A stretch of 64,000 nucleotides of DNA from Chitinophagaceae bacterium (GCA_965279015.1 OZ257130.1:575723-639722); one strand, 5' to 3'. Counted from the first letter of the stretch, positions 10,829-21,059 are shown. A program made the numbers and translations. Notes: generated by a model not told the origin, from the letters alone.

Positions 10829-12031
10829 TTATAAGGTGGATTCAAAAATGGTAAAACCGGTTTCCCTGATTAAAGAACTGAGCGACTGTCGGTAACGGAT
10901 ATTCTTTCTGCGCAATCCCGCGGCGAGATAATGATATAGTATACCAGCGAACTTTTTATTAATGAACAGAAAATCGGAAGGCTTTATTTCATCGAATATA
11001 AATCCTGCTTCTGGTTCCCGTCCCAATTTATACAGGCATAATGCTTTCAACAACTTGTAATTCTGATCGGTAAAAAAGGCCAGGTGCATTGATTTGTTTG
11101 ATAGAGAGGGATTTGTTTGTCCGAGATAATACAATGCTTCCAGGTAATGCCCCGTAAGCGCAAGCGCTTCTGCAATTACATATTCAAAATGAGCTCGCTG
11201 ATAGGCATTAGTGTCCTTATTAAGCGCCGCATGGTATCGGTAAATATTAATAAGCGTCTCATTGATATTACCGGCAGTAGCGTGTGCATGGTATAATATA
11301 GCAGCGAACTGGCGGGCACAAACAAAATATTTTTGCGCACTGCAACCCGTTTCGTTTAATATACTTTCCGCGTGTTGTTTAAGTTTTTCAGGCTCGGCAG
11401 TGAGCCAGTATTTGAATACAAGCAATGAGTTGGCAAACACGGTTGCTTCCGGAGTTTGTTTTTCATTCAGGTAATACCGGAGTCCGTCGCCATAATAGCC
11501 GTTGAGCTTATCAATATTTACAAATTGTTCGAAATAAACATCTTGCCCATTGCGTGTTTTTGAGATCATCCGCTGAAATCGATCCGCCACTACTGGGTTA
11601 TTATTGAGAAATTTAATGGTGTGTTTTACCACCGTGAAAAAATGTTTATCGTAAACATCCCTTAGCGGCATCTCCCGAAAAAGTGAATCAAAATAATAGA
11701 GAAGGCTTTCCTGGTCAATTGACTCATCGGTTGCTTTTGCTTTTTTTTGCTTGTAAGCGTCTTCTACCGAATAATAGCCACAATATTTGGAAAGAATAGC
11801 GAGTGTTGACTGAGAGGCGGGATACTCAGCCTTTACCAGGCCAAAGAAGCGCCGGAGTGTATTGGGATTTAATTGTTGTTGCGTCCGTTTATATATTTCT
11901 TCGCTCAGATCAATACAATCCCGCGAAGAAATAATGGATCTGCCAAAAACATGTTCGATCTCGTGCCGGAGGACAGCCTCCACTTCACTTCTCATTGCTA
12001 AAATTATTTTCATCATAAATAATTTAAGCAA
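10829..12031 (-). CDS. Hypothetical protein with N-terminal HTH-like domain and helical C-terminus
   Basis: 400-aa ORF; LSEEIYKRTQQQLNPNTLRRFFG resembles a Bacteroidota HTH-like motif; no signal peptide. Confidence 0.6.
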   Translation of the reverse strand: MLKLFMMKIILAMRSEVEAVLRHEIEHVFGRSIISSRDCIDLSEEIYKRTQQQLNPNTLRRFFGLVKAEYPASQSTLAILSKYCGYYSVEDAYKQKKAKATDESIDQESLLYYFDSLFREMPLRDVYDKHFFTVVKHTIKFLNNNPVVADRFQRMISKTRNGQDVYFEQFVNIDKLNGYYGDGLRYYLNEKQTPEATVFANSLLVFKYWLTAEPEKLKQHAESILNETGCSAQKYFVCARQFAAILYHAHATAGNINETLINIYRYHAALNKDTNAYQRAHFEYVIAEALALTGHYLEALYYLGQTNPSLSNKSMHLAFFTDQNYKLLKALCLYKLGREPEAGFIFDEIKPSDFLFINKKFAGILYHYLAAGLRRKNIRYRQSLSSLIRETGFTIFESTL

Positions 12032-12460
12032 TCAATCGCTTTCAATCTTTCGGTAGATAAAGGAATAAGGTTTGGGCGGTTTGGGTAGTGGATTAAATTT
12101 CTTTATGCACGAGAGGAAAATAAACAATGAGATCGGGAAAGGATTATGCAGACCGTATTTCCTGCAATTCGTATTGTAAACTATCTACTTTATTATGAAA
12201 CGAATTGTTCATTATTGTTCATTCAGGTCCGTATTGACTCCTACAAGATACTGCTTTTCCAATTACCATCCTTCTATCTCCTTTCATTTCATTCAGTTCC
12301 GTATCAAGTTCAGAAATATTGTGTAAAACATATATGCCCGGAAGAAATCTTTGGGAATAGTTTTTGTACTTATTAAGACTGTGCATCTGAATTCTTACCG
12401 GTTGTTGTACATTCAAAACATGTTTACATTCAACCGGTCAAAAAATCCAAAATACCCGGT

Positions 12461-15400
12461 ATGAAAAGCATATTACTGCTATTGACAATTCTAAGCAGTT
12501 CATTTGTTGAGGCTGCTACTTATTATTTTTCTACTTCTATTGGTGACGATAGTCGTACCAGCACACAAGCTCAAAATTCACTTACTCCCTGGAAATCGCT
12601 TTCTAAACTCAATTCATTTTTTTCATCCTTACAACCAGGCGACTCCATTCTGTTTAATCGGGGAGAAATTTTTCCAGGGCAAATTACTGTTACCAGGTCG
12701 GGCAATAATACAAACTATATTGTTTTCGGTGCCTATGGTAATGGCAACAGCCCGGTTATCTCTGGCCTTACTACTACAGGAACCTGGACGAATATTGGAA
12801 ATGGTATATGGGAAAGTGCTTGTTCCAATTGTGGAATCAATGTAAATACGGTACTCATTAATAACAGCATTAAAGCAATGGGGCGTTATCCAAACAGCAA
12901 TGCCCCGAATAAAGGATACCTGAAATTCGAATCGCATACCGGTAATACCGTAATCACTGATAATGAACTGACCGCTTCACCCAATTGGACCGGATCCGAA
13001 GTAGTAATCCGTAAAAACTATTGGACCCTTGATCGCAATTATGTAACTCAGCATAGCGGAAACACGGTTACATTTATTTCCCCTACTGGACATCCATTGC
13101 TGGATGGATATGGCTATTTCTTTCAAAAGCATATTCAAACACTCGATCTGCCAGGGGAATGGTATTATGATGCCATACAGAAAAAGATGAAAATTTATTT
13201 TGGCACCGGGGGACCGGGATCGGATATCATTAAAGTTGGCGTAACCGATACTCTTGTAACTATTAACGGAAGGAATTATTTAAGTTTTCGTGACCTGGTA
13301 TTTGAGGGTGCCGATACCACCGCTTTTGCGATCAACAATGCTTCCAATATCAATCTTCAACGTTGCTCATTTATTAATTCAGGCATCGATGCTATCAATG
13401 CGCGTAATTCAAATGGAATACTGATTGAGAATAGTGTGTTTGAGTATACCAATAATAACGCGATACGGATAACGGATTGCAATAATTCAATAGTCAGGCA
13501 GAATATTATTCGCAATACGGGGATGATGGCCGGGATGGGACTTAGTAATAATCAGATGTATGAAGCTATTTATACAAGGGGAACAGCCAACACAATAGAA
13601 TTTAATGAAGTGATCAATACCGGTTATTCCGCTATCACTTTTTCCGGCAACGATGCGATTGTGAAAAATAACTTTGTTGATAATTATACGATGGTGCTGG
13701 ACGATGGAGGCGGTATTTATGGTTGGGGCGATTATGATAAAACCGGTCGTGTGATAACCGGAAATATTATACTGAATGGAACAGGGGCCCCGGAAGGAAC
13801 AGACGTTACCGTTGGCGGAAACTCCAGTGGTATTTATTTAGACGATCGCTCCGCGAATGTAGAAATAACCAATAACACAGTTGCCAATGCCAACCGGGCC
13901 GGTGTATATCTTCACAATTCGCATGAAATATCTTTACGTTCAAATACCTTATTTAATAATAGTAGCCAGGTATCCATGGTGCACGACGATCTTGAACCTG
14001 CGGATCCAATCCGGAATGTAGCGATGCAGGATAATATCTTCTTTTCAAAAACAGATAAGCAATCGGTATCCAATAGCGCCAGCCGATTGGATGATATTGC
14101 CAGTTTTGGACCCTATAGTGCTAATTATTATGCACGGCCAATTGATCAGCACGGAATCATTCAAACAGATCACCGGAACGGAAGCGGAGAATATATAAAT
14201 CTCCGGCATAACCTCACCGGTTGGAAAGCCCTTTATAATAATGATGCGAATTCATTACCGTGTCCTGTTTCAATACTGCCCTATTTTGTTAATAACACGA
14301 TTGGAGCTAATCGTTGCAGCAATGGTTCTTTCGCTGCTACTATTAATGGGGTCTTTTGCTTGTCATCACCAGTAACCTGTGCTACCACCTGGAACAGTGG
14401 CGGACGATTGGATGGAGGCGCATTGGAAATAAAATCAACGGGTGGCGCTACCAATATCAATACGCATATTTCAATTGGCTCGGTGCAGGCAGGTAAGAAC
14501 TATCGTATAAAATTCAGTTTATTGGGATCGAATCTTTATCAAACCGTGGGAGTTTTTGTGCTTAAGAACGGGGCCCCGTATAACGCGCTTTCAGAAAAAA
14601 AATATTTCTCTCTCAGTACCACCCGTAGTGAAAATGAATTCGTATTCAGTTCCGCAACTACTGAAACTGATGTATTGTTAATTTTCAGTATCAATAACAC
14701 CCAACTTCCTTTTTGGGTTGATAATATCGATGTCCGCGAAGCCAATGTAACGTTCACCAACTTAGATGATCATATCCGTTTTGAATACAATGCTACAAAT
14801 GTTCCGAAAACGATCATTCTTGATGCGGCTTATATTGATGTAAAAAGCACTCCTTATTTAAATACGCTCACTCTTGCACCGTATAGTTCAGTAGTGTTGT
14901 TGAGGGTTGCCAATCTATTGCCATTGCGTTTCATTGAGATCAATGCGACAAAAAAAGTCATATATACCGAAATAAACTGGACCATCAACAATGAACAGGA
15001 AATCGCTGGTTATGAAATTGAGAAATCGATCAAAGGGGGACCATTTAAAAAAATCGCAGTAGTACGCGCCAGAAACCAATCCGCGATTGTTGATTACAAA
15101 TACAATGATAGTGTTATGGAAGAAGGTGAAATCTGTTACCGGATAAAGGCAATGAAAAGAAGTTCAGGTTATTCATATAGCCAAACTACCTGCCTGCGTG
15201 TATCCACCGGATCACGCGTCGCCACTATTTATCCCAACCCGGTAAGTAACCAGTTAACTATTTACCTGGATTCCTCCGCTGATGATCACACTGCCGAACT
15301 ATCTGTGTTTGACAGTAAAGGGATGGTTGTAAGGAAAAGCACCGCGATGATGACAAACGGAAAGATCGTGATAGATATTTCCTCGCTTCCCGCTGGGATA

Positions 15401-15463
15401 TATATCGCTCAAATCAAATCGGGAGACACGCTCAATATTGAAAAGTTTATTAAGCAGTTGTGA
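12461..15463 (+). CDS. T9SS cargo protein with right-handed beta-helix repeats and a carbohydrate-binding-like module
   Basis: Signal peptide; Asn-rich beta-helix repeats (DDGGGIY, GIYLDD); C-terminal IYPNPV...SLPAGIYIAQI...KFIK (type A CTD). Confidence 0.85.
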   Translation: MKSILLLLTILSSSFVEAATYYFSTSIGDDSRTSTQAQNSLTPWKSLSKLNSFFSSLQPGDSILFNRGEIFPGQITVTRSGNNTNYIVFGAYGNGNSPVISGLTTTGTWTNIGNGIWESACSNCGINVNTVLINNSIKAMGRYPNSNAPNKGYLKFESHTGNTVITDNELTASPNWTGSEVVIRKNYWTLDRNYVTQHSGNTVTFISPTGHPLLDGYGYFFQKHIQTLDLPGEWYYDAIQKKMKIYFGTGGPGSDIIKVGVTDTLVTINGRNYLSFRDLVFEGADTTAFAINNASNINLQRCSFINSGIDAINARNSNGILIENSVFEYTNNNAIRITDCNNSIVRQNIIRNTGMMAGMGLSNNQMYEAIYTRGTANTIEFNEVINTGYSAITFSGNDAIVKNNFVDNYTMVLDDGGGIYGWGDYDKTGRVITGNIILNGTGAPEGTDVTVGGNSSGIYLDDRSANVEITNNTVANANRAGVYLHNSHEISLRSNTLFNNSSQVSMVHDDLEPADPIRNVAMQDNIFFSKTDKQSVSNSASRLDDIASFGPYSANYYARPIDQHGIIQTDHRNGSGEYINLRHNLTGWKALYNNDANSLPCPVSILPYFVNNTIGANRCSNGSFAATINGVFCLSSPVTCATTWNSGGRLDGGALEIKSTGGATNINTHISIGSVQAGKNYRIKFSLLGSNLYQTVGVFVLKNGAPYNALSEKKYFSLSTTRSENEFVFSSATTETDVLLIFSINNTQLPFWVDNIDVREANVTFTNLDDHIRFEYNATNVPKTIILDAAYIDVKSTPYLNTLTLAPYSSVVLLRVANLLPLRFIEINATKKVIYTEINWTINNEQEIAGYEIEKSIKGGPFKKIAVVRARNQSAIVDYKYNDSVMEEGEICYRIKAMKRSSGYSYSQTTCLRVSTGSRVATIYPNPVSNQLTIYLDSSADDHTAELSVFDSKGMVVRKSTAMMTNGKIVIDISSLPAGIYIAQIKSGDTLNIEKFIKQL

Positions 15464-15488
15464 TAAATTTATAAAAACAAAATTCTCA

Positions 15489-17525
15489 TTAGTACCTAAT
15501 AAGTTTCTCAATAGTTTCTTCTAACCGTGCTTTGGCCATAAATGCTTTTTCGAGTTCTATATTAAAAGGAATAGGTGTATCCATCGAGGCGCAACGCATT
15601 ACCGGCGCATCCAGTAATTCAAAACAATGCTCGCCGATCCAGGCAGCAATCTCTCCGCCAATACCACCGGTTAATGTGTCTTCATGTAACAACAATACTT
15701 TACCGCTTCTTGCTACCGCTGAGCGGATAGCCGCGTAATCCAATGGCAATAACGTTCGCAGATCAAGAATATCAATTGATATTTCGGGATGTTCATCCGC
15801 ATACTCTTCGGCCCAATGCACAGCAGCTCCATAAGTAATGATGGATAGTTCTTCTCCGTCCCGAACATGACGGGCTTTTCCGATTTCAATTTCATAATAC
15901 TCTTCGGGAACCGGACCCGTTATGCTTCTGTACAATGCCTTATGTTCAAAATATAAAACCGGGTTGGGGTCATTGATCGCCGCAATCAATAATCCTTTTG
16001 CATCAATTGGAGTAGAAGGGTATACCACTTTCAATCCGGGGGTATGTACAAACCAGGCTTCATTACTCTGGCTATGAAAAGGACCGGCCCCCACTCCACC
16101 ACCTGTTGGCATTCTTATAACGGTATCTGCGTTCTGTCCCCAGCGATAATGTATTTTAGCAAGATTGTTTACGATCTGGTTAAAACCCACGGTTACAAAA
16201 TCGGCGAACTGCATTTCCATCATACTCTTGTATCCCTCTAAACTCAATCCCAATGCAGCTCCCACTATAGCATTCTCGCAAAGTGGCGTATTGCGCACTC
16301 TTTCTTTCCCGAATTCATTTACAAATCCTTCTGTTATTTTAAAGGCGCCTCCGTATTCAGCAATATCCTGACCCATGAGTATTAGATTCGGATGCTGTTG
16401 CATGGATTGACGGAGGCCGTCGCTGATTGCATCGATGAGACGTTTGTCGTGAGTCGTGAATGGTGAGTCGTGAGAGGTCTCTGAGTTATCGAGAACTCTG
16501 ACTTCAAACTCCTGACTCCCGACTCCTGACTCCCGACTTACTGCCGACTCCGCATACACATCATTGAATTCTTCCTCTTCATCTGCAACAACCACCGGTA
16601 TATTAAATCCAATTGCCAGTTCGCTTTCAATCTTTTCCTTGAATTCCGCCCGGATATTTTCAATATCGGTATCGGTTAACAGTTTCTCGGATTTCAGGTA
16701 TTCTTCATATTTTTTTACCGGATCTTTTTGTTCCCATATCTCGAATAAATGTTTGGGAACATATTTGGTTCCGCTTGCTTCCTCATGTCCGCGCATACGG
16801 AAAGTCATGCATTCGATTAAATAGGGTTTTTGATGTTCGATACAATAATCACGAACCCCCTTTATAGTATCGTATACGGTAAGAATATTATTGCCATCGA
16901 TCTTGATTCCTTCTATTCCATAACCAATTGCTTTTTCTACGAGGCTATCGCAACGGTATTGTTCATTCACCGGTGTACTCAATCCATATCCGTTGTTCTC
17001 AATAATAAAAATAACAGGCAGATCCCATACAGCCGCCGTATTCAGCGCTTCATGAAAATCTCCTTCGCTGGTGCCCCCATCACCGGTAAATGCCAGGGAT
17101 ACTTTTTTTTCTTTACGAAGTTTATGTGCCAATGCTACTCCATCGGCAATAGCCAGTTGAGGACCGAGGTGAGAAATCATCCCGCAGATATGATGTTCCT
17201 TAGAACCAAAATGAAAACTTCGTTCACGCCCCTTGCTATAACCTTCGCGGGCGCCCTGCCATTGCATGAATAGCTTACTGAGCGGCATGCCCCTTGATGT
17301 AAATACACCGAGGTTACGATGAAGTGGCATGATCCATTCGTCCTGATCCGTTGCTAATGCAGCACCAACCGCAATGGCTTCCTGGCCAATACCACTGAAC
17401 CATTTACTGATCTTTCCTTGCCGTAGCAGCACCAGCATTTTCTCTTCAATCATCCGTGGCCAGAGCAGGTTCCTGTAAAAATTGATAAGCTGAGCGTCGG
17501 GCAGTTCTTTACGATGGAATTGCAT
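15489..17525 (-). CDS. 2-oxoacid (branched-chain-type) dehydrogenase E1, fused alpha/beta
   Basis: TPP motif GDGGTSEGDFHEALN, FRMRGHEE, transketolase-like C-terminal domains (TPLCENAIVG). Confidence 0.95.
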   Translation of the reverse strand: MQFHRKELPDAQLINFYRNLLWPRMIEEKMLVLLRQGKISKWFSGIGQEAIAVGAALATDQDEWIMPLHRNLGVFTSRGMPLSKLFMQWQGAREGYSKGRERSFHFGSKEHHICGMISHLGPQLAIADGVALAHKLRKEKKVSLAFTGDGGTSEGDFHEALNTAAVWDLPVIFIIENNGYGLSTPVNEQYRCDSLVEKAIGYGIEGIKIDGNNILTVYDTIKGVRDYCIEHQKPYLIECMTFRMRGHEEASGTKYVPKHLFEIWEQKDPVKKYEEYLKSEKLLTDTDIENIRAEFKEKIESELAIGFNIPVVVADEEEEFNDVYAESAVSRESGVGSQEFEVRVLDNSETSHDSPFTTHDKRLIDAISDGLRQSMQQHPNLILMGQDIAEYGGAFKITEGFVNEFGKERVRNTPLCENAIVGAALGLSLEGYKSMMEMQFADFVTVGFNQIVNNLAKIHYRWGQNADTVIRMPTGGGVGAGPFHSQSNEAWFVHTPGLKVVYPSTPIDAKGLLIAAINDPNPVLYFEHKALYRSITGPVPEEYYEIEIGKARHVRDGEELSIITYGAAVHWAEEYADEHPEISIDILDLRTLLPLDYAAIRSAVARSGKVLLLHEDTLTGGIGGEIAAWIGEHCFELLDAPVMRCASMDTPIPFNIELEKAFMAKARLEETIEKLIRY
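16446..16552. repeat. 7-mer (GAGTCGG/T) inverted-repeat element in-frame inside the E1 alpha-beta linker
   Basis: gtcgtga gtcgtga atggtga gtcgtga ... actcctg actcccg actcctg actcccg; translates as SRESGVGSQEFEVRVLDNSETSHDSPFTTHD. Confidence 0.8.
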
Positions 17526-17623
17526 AAATGAAATAATAAATCAGTCGTGAAGTTAACTCAAAACTGGTCAAGTGAGTGCAACCAGAACAGTTATTAACCT
17601 GAACTTATTCAACGTATTTTTTC

Positions 17624-17789
17624 GCTTGCCTTGCGCCACCGCTGAAGCTAAGGCGGCACGCGGTCGCGTAGCCGCTATGGTCGTTTGCGCCATAGCTTCA
17701 GCGACGGAGCGCGAAGCAAGGCCGGGAAGACGGAAAGACGTCTAAAAAATAATTCATTTCAATACTTCCCGTCTCCCCGACTTCCCGGC
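17624..17789. repeat. Composite REP-like element with two nested inverted insertions plus GGGAAGAC arms
   Basis: Colinear with 6544-6644 apart from inserts at about 17631-17663 and 17681-17711. Confidence 0.8.
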
Positions 17790-17817
17790 AAATGATCCGA
17801 AAATTATTTGTGCACGT

Positions 17818-18171
17818 TCAATCTGTTTTTTCTTTTGCCGGCTCTTCTTTATATAATACTGCGGTAACAATGGAGAGCAGCAAACTAAAGAGCAGTGCCC
17901 ACCAGAAACCATCAACAGTAAATCCATCAATAAACTTATCAGCCAGCAGAATAATGGCCGCGTTAATGACAAAAAGAAATAGACCAAGTGTAATTACGGT
18001 AATAGGGAGAGTAAGTATTATTAAAATAGGTTTTAAAAGCGCATTCAATACCGCTAATACAACTGCGAGGATGATGGCTGTCCAGAATGAATCGATCTTA
18101 ATCCCTTTTAATATATAAGAAAGCCCGAACGCTATGACGGAGGTGACGATGATGCGCATTATGAATTTCAT
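17818..18171 (-). CDS. YvlD-like / phage holin superfamily IV membrane protein
   Basis: LNALLKPILIILTLPITVITLGLFLFVINA motif. Start moved to 18171 because the ORF-track extension reads through a repeat. Confidence 0.85.
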   Translation of the reverse strand: MKFIMRIIVTSVIAFGLSYILKGIKIDSFWTAIILAVVLAVLNALLKPILIILTLPITVITLGLFLFVINAAIILLADKFIDGFTVDGFWWALLFSLLLSIVTAVLYKEEPAKEKTD

Positions 18172-18335
18172 AGTTTGAAGTTTGTGGTTTTTAGTTTGTA
18201 GTTCTTCAGACATAACTTGCAAAATGAAATACTTCACCCTGCTGTTTTAAGTCCTTTTATTTTTTGTATACAAGCTTGTTTACTATTACTTAAAAATGAT
18301 AAACCTAAGGAACTACAAACCACAAACTACAAACC
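18171..18335. repeat. 7-mer (TACAAAC) inverted-repeat element
   Basis: tagtttgaagtttgtggtttttagtttgtagttctt ... aaggaactacaaaccacaaactacaaac. Confidence 0.85.
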
Positions 18336-18336
18336 A

Positions 18337-19653
18337 TTAAACTACTACAAGCTCATAAAACTCTTCCGGCTGCAAATATTTATTCGCTAATTGCTGCAAT
18401 TCTTCAGCGGTAATGGTTTTTGCTATTTCAATCCCTTTATAAAAATACGCTTCATCCAATCCATTCAGGAGTAAATTTTTCCATCTGCCGATTACCTGGA
18501 AGGGACCGTCCATATCACCCAGCACGGTTCCGATCATATAATTCCGGATCATCTGTAATTCTTCTTCGTCAACTGGCTCTTCACGCAACAATTGCATTTC
18601 TTTATATACTTCATTGATAGTGGCGTCGCTAACCTCTCTCCCCGCTTCGGTGCTGATCATCCATCCGCTTTCTCTTACCTGGTTCATTATATAACTATAA
18701 ATCCCATAGGTATATCCTTTGTCTTCCCGGATATTGTTTGATAGTCTCGAACCAAAAAATCCACCAAATACATTATTTAATACCAGCACTTTTTGAAAAT
18801 CAGGATGTAACCGGTTCGGAAAAGGACGCACAATACGGATAGCCGCTTGCACTCCATTGGGATCATTCGTGATTACATATTTTTTCTGCGCCGCAGGCTG
18901 TAAGGGATGAATGATTTCGTTTCCTGCACTGTGGTGGGAGTGAATGGGAAGTTTTCCAAAATGATTTTCCAATTGCTGTTCCAGATCCGCGGGAATTTTA
19001 CCAGCAGCGAAAATGATACAGCGACCACTTTTATAATACTGGTTGTAAAAAGAAACCAGTTCTTCCCTTCGCAGAGCAGCATAATCTTCCAGGTTATTAT
19101 AAGTGCCGTAGGGATGCTTTTCGCCGAATAAATATGAATCAATAAGACGACCCGCTACAAAATCATTTTTTTGCAGTCCTACTTTTAAACGTTGTTGTGA
19201 ATTCTGACTATAAATGGCCAGCTCTTCTTCAGGATAAACCGCATCAGTAATCATCTCTGCTACTACCGGTAATACTTCGTTTAAATGTTTATTGAGACAA
19301 TGCAGTGTTATCTCCGCAGTTTCGCTATGGCAGCTACGACTAAGATAGGAACCATAATATTCAAAATGTTCGTTGAGCTGGAAAGCGGTTTTTTGTGAAG
19401 TGCCATTCTTAAACAGGTAGTTCGTAGCGGAAGCCACCGCCTTTTTCTCTTCGAACCAATTGCCAGCACTAAACACCCAGTTCAGCATCAGGAGATCTTC
19501 TTCTCCCAAATTCACGAAATATACTTCCACCCCATTGGAAAGCGTAAATTTTTCACAGGGTGGTAATTTAATATCAAAATCAACCGGTTCTTTTATAGCC
19601 GGAGGTATAGCTCTGTTGATTTTACCAGCTTCACTGATCTTAGTTTTCACCAT
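18337..19653 (-). CDS. M16 (pitrilysin) family peptidase, non-catalytic subunit
   Basis: FGSRLSNNIREDKGYTYGI; no HxxEH. Start reassigned to 19653 (MVKTK), overlapping the upstream stop. Confidence 0.9.
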   Translation of the reverse strand: MVKTKISEAGKINRAIPPAIKEPVDFDIKLPPCEKFTLSNGVEVYFVNLGEEDLLMLNWVFSAGNWFEEKKAVASATNYLFKNGTSQKTAFQLNEHFEYYGSYLSRSCHSETAEITLHCLNKHLNEVLPVVAEMITDAVYPEEELAIYSQNSQQRLKVGLQKNDFVAGRLIDSYLFGEKHPYGTYNNLEDYAALRREELVSFYNQYYKSGRCIIFAAGKIPADLEQQLENHFGKLPIHSHHSAGNEIIHPLQPAAQKKYVITNDPNGVQAAIRIVRPFPNRLHPDFQKVLVLNNVFGGFFGSRLSNNIREDKGYTYGIYSYIMNQVRESGWMISTEAGREVSDATINEVYKEMQLLREEPVDEEELQMIRNYMIGTVLGDMDGPFQVIGRWKNLLLNGLDEAYFYKGIEIAKTITAEELQQLANKYLQPEEFYELVVV

Positions 19654-20878
19654 AATAATAAAGCGTATTGGAATTGTTAGTATCGAAAATCGTACGACTG
19701 TATTGGTGGATATCATCCGCTGTGATAGCAAAATATTTATCGCGGTCGGTATTAAATAATGCAGCGTCACCCAGCAATTCATAAAAGGCGATGCTATTTG
19801 CCCTTGCCATAACACTCATATCTTCAAAGGCGATAGCGGACTCCGTTTTATTTTTGATCTTGGTAAGTTCCTTATCGGTTATACCCGTTTGTTTTAATTT
19901 CTCCAGCTCTTCTTCTACTGCCTTGTCGGCATCTTCCATTTTTACGCCTTTTACCAGTTTGCCTTCAATGGCTAGCAGACCCGCATCCACTGTGCCGTAC
20001 TGATAACATTCTATATTGCTGAATAATTTTTTCTCTTTCACCAACGACTGAAACAAACGACTTGACCCACCTCCGCCTAATACTTCGGTAATAAGATCGG
20101 CCACATAATATCCTTTACTTAACCGATCTTCCATATGCCAGCATTTGTACAATGCATCCAGTGGTACTGTTGATTTTATTTCCTTTTTACGCGGAGCTGT
20201 TTGCCGGGGTTCGGGAAGAATATTCCGAATATATTTTTCACCGGCAGGAATATCACCAAACCATTTTTCTGCCAACTCCTTAACTGCTGCTGTCTTAACA
20301 TGACCTGCCACCACCAATATCGCGTTCTGTGGCCGGTAATGCTTAAAGAAAAAATTCTTTACATCTTTCAATGAAGCGTTTTCGATATGTGAAAGGTCTT
20401 TTCCGATCGTCATCCACTGATAAGGATGCTGCGTATAAGCCATCTGCCGAAGATGGAACCATACATCGCCATAAGGTTTATTGATATAATGTTCCTTAAA
20501 CTCTTCTATCACAACTTTCCGTTGCACATCGAGACTTTTTTCACTAAAGGCCAGTGAAAGCATGCGATCACTCTCGAGCCAGAAAGCTGTTTCGATATTC
20601 TCGGCAGGAAGTTGAATATAATAATTTGTAAGATCGTTGCTGGTATATGCGTTATTCTCTCCGCCCGCCATTTGAAGGGGTGTTTCGAAATCTGGAATAT
20701 TTACCGATCCCCCAAACATGAGATGTTCAAACAGGTGCGCGAAGCCTGTCTTGCCCGGATCTTCGTCTTTTGAACCCGCATCATAAAGCACGTTCACTAT
20801 TGCCATAGGAGTAGAATGATCTTCATGCACTACCACTCTAAGTCCGTTACTAAGAGAAAACTTTTCTAAATGTATCAT
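19640..20878 (-). CDS. M16 family zinc peptidase, catalytic subunit
   Basis: GFAHLFEHLMF (HxxEH). Start reassigned to 20878 (MIHLEKF); TATTTTTG promoter element at 20898-20905 on the minus strand. Confidence 0.95.
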   Translation of the reverse strand: MIHLEKFSLSNGLRVVVHEDHSTPMAIVNVLYDAGSKDEDPGKTGFAHLFEHLMFGGSVNIPDFETPLQMAGGENNAYTSNDLTNYYIQLPAENIETAFWLESDRMLSLAFSEKSLDVQRKVVIEEFKEHYINKPYGDVWFHLRQMAYTQHPYQWMTIGKDLSHIENASLKDVKNFFFKHYRPQNAILVVAGHVKTAAVKELAEKWFGDIPAGEKYIRNILPEPRQTAPRKKEIKSTVPLDALYKCWHMEDRLSKGYYVADLITEVLGGGGSSRLFQSLVKEKKLFSNIECYQYGTVDAGLLAIEGKLVKGVKMEDADKAVEEELEKLKQTGITDKELTKIKNKTESAIAFEDMSVMARANSIAFYELLGDAALFNTDRDKYFAITADDIHQYSRTIFDTNNSNTLYYYGEN

Positions 20879-20910
20879 TGAAAAAAATTCAGAATAGCAA
20901 AAATAAGTGA

Positions 20911-21059
20911 AGTTTGGGGTTTTGGTTTGTAGTTTATGGTTTATAGTTTGTAGTTCTTTTGGTGCTTTACCCAAAACTGATGTCACCCTACTTTCTAGGT
21001 AAAAAGGTGATTACTTGTTAAGATGAACTTAAGGAACTACAAACCACAAACTACAAACT
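20911..21059. repeat. 7-mer (TACAAAC) inverted-repeat element
   Basis: Right arm shares 29 identical bp (21030-21058) with 18306-18334. Confidence 0.85.

Noticed and set aside
17818-18171. Holin as evidence of a prophage
   Set aside because: A YvlD-type membrane protein is common in chromosomes; there are no phage genes nearby.
18172-20986. ORF-track N-terminal extensions (ELQTKNHKLQT, ELQTINHKLQT, MLWQGQ...)
   Set aside because: They are translations of TACAAAC repeat arms or overlap the upstream gene; downstream ATGs give normal N-termini.
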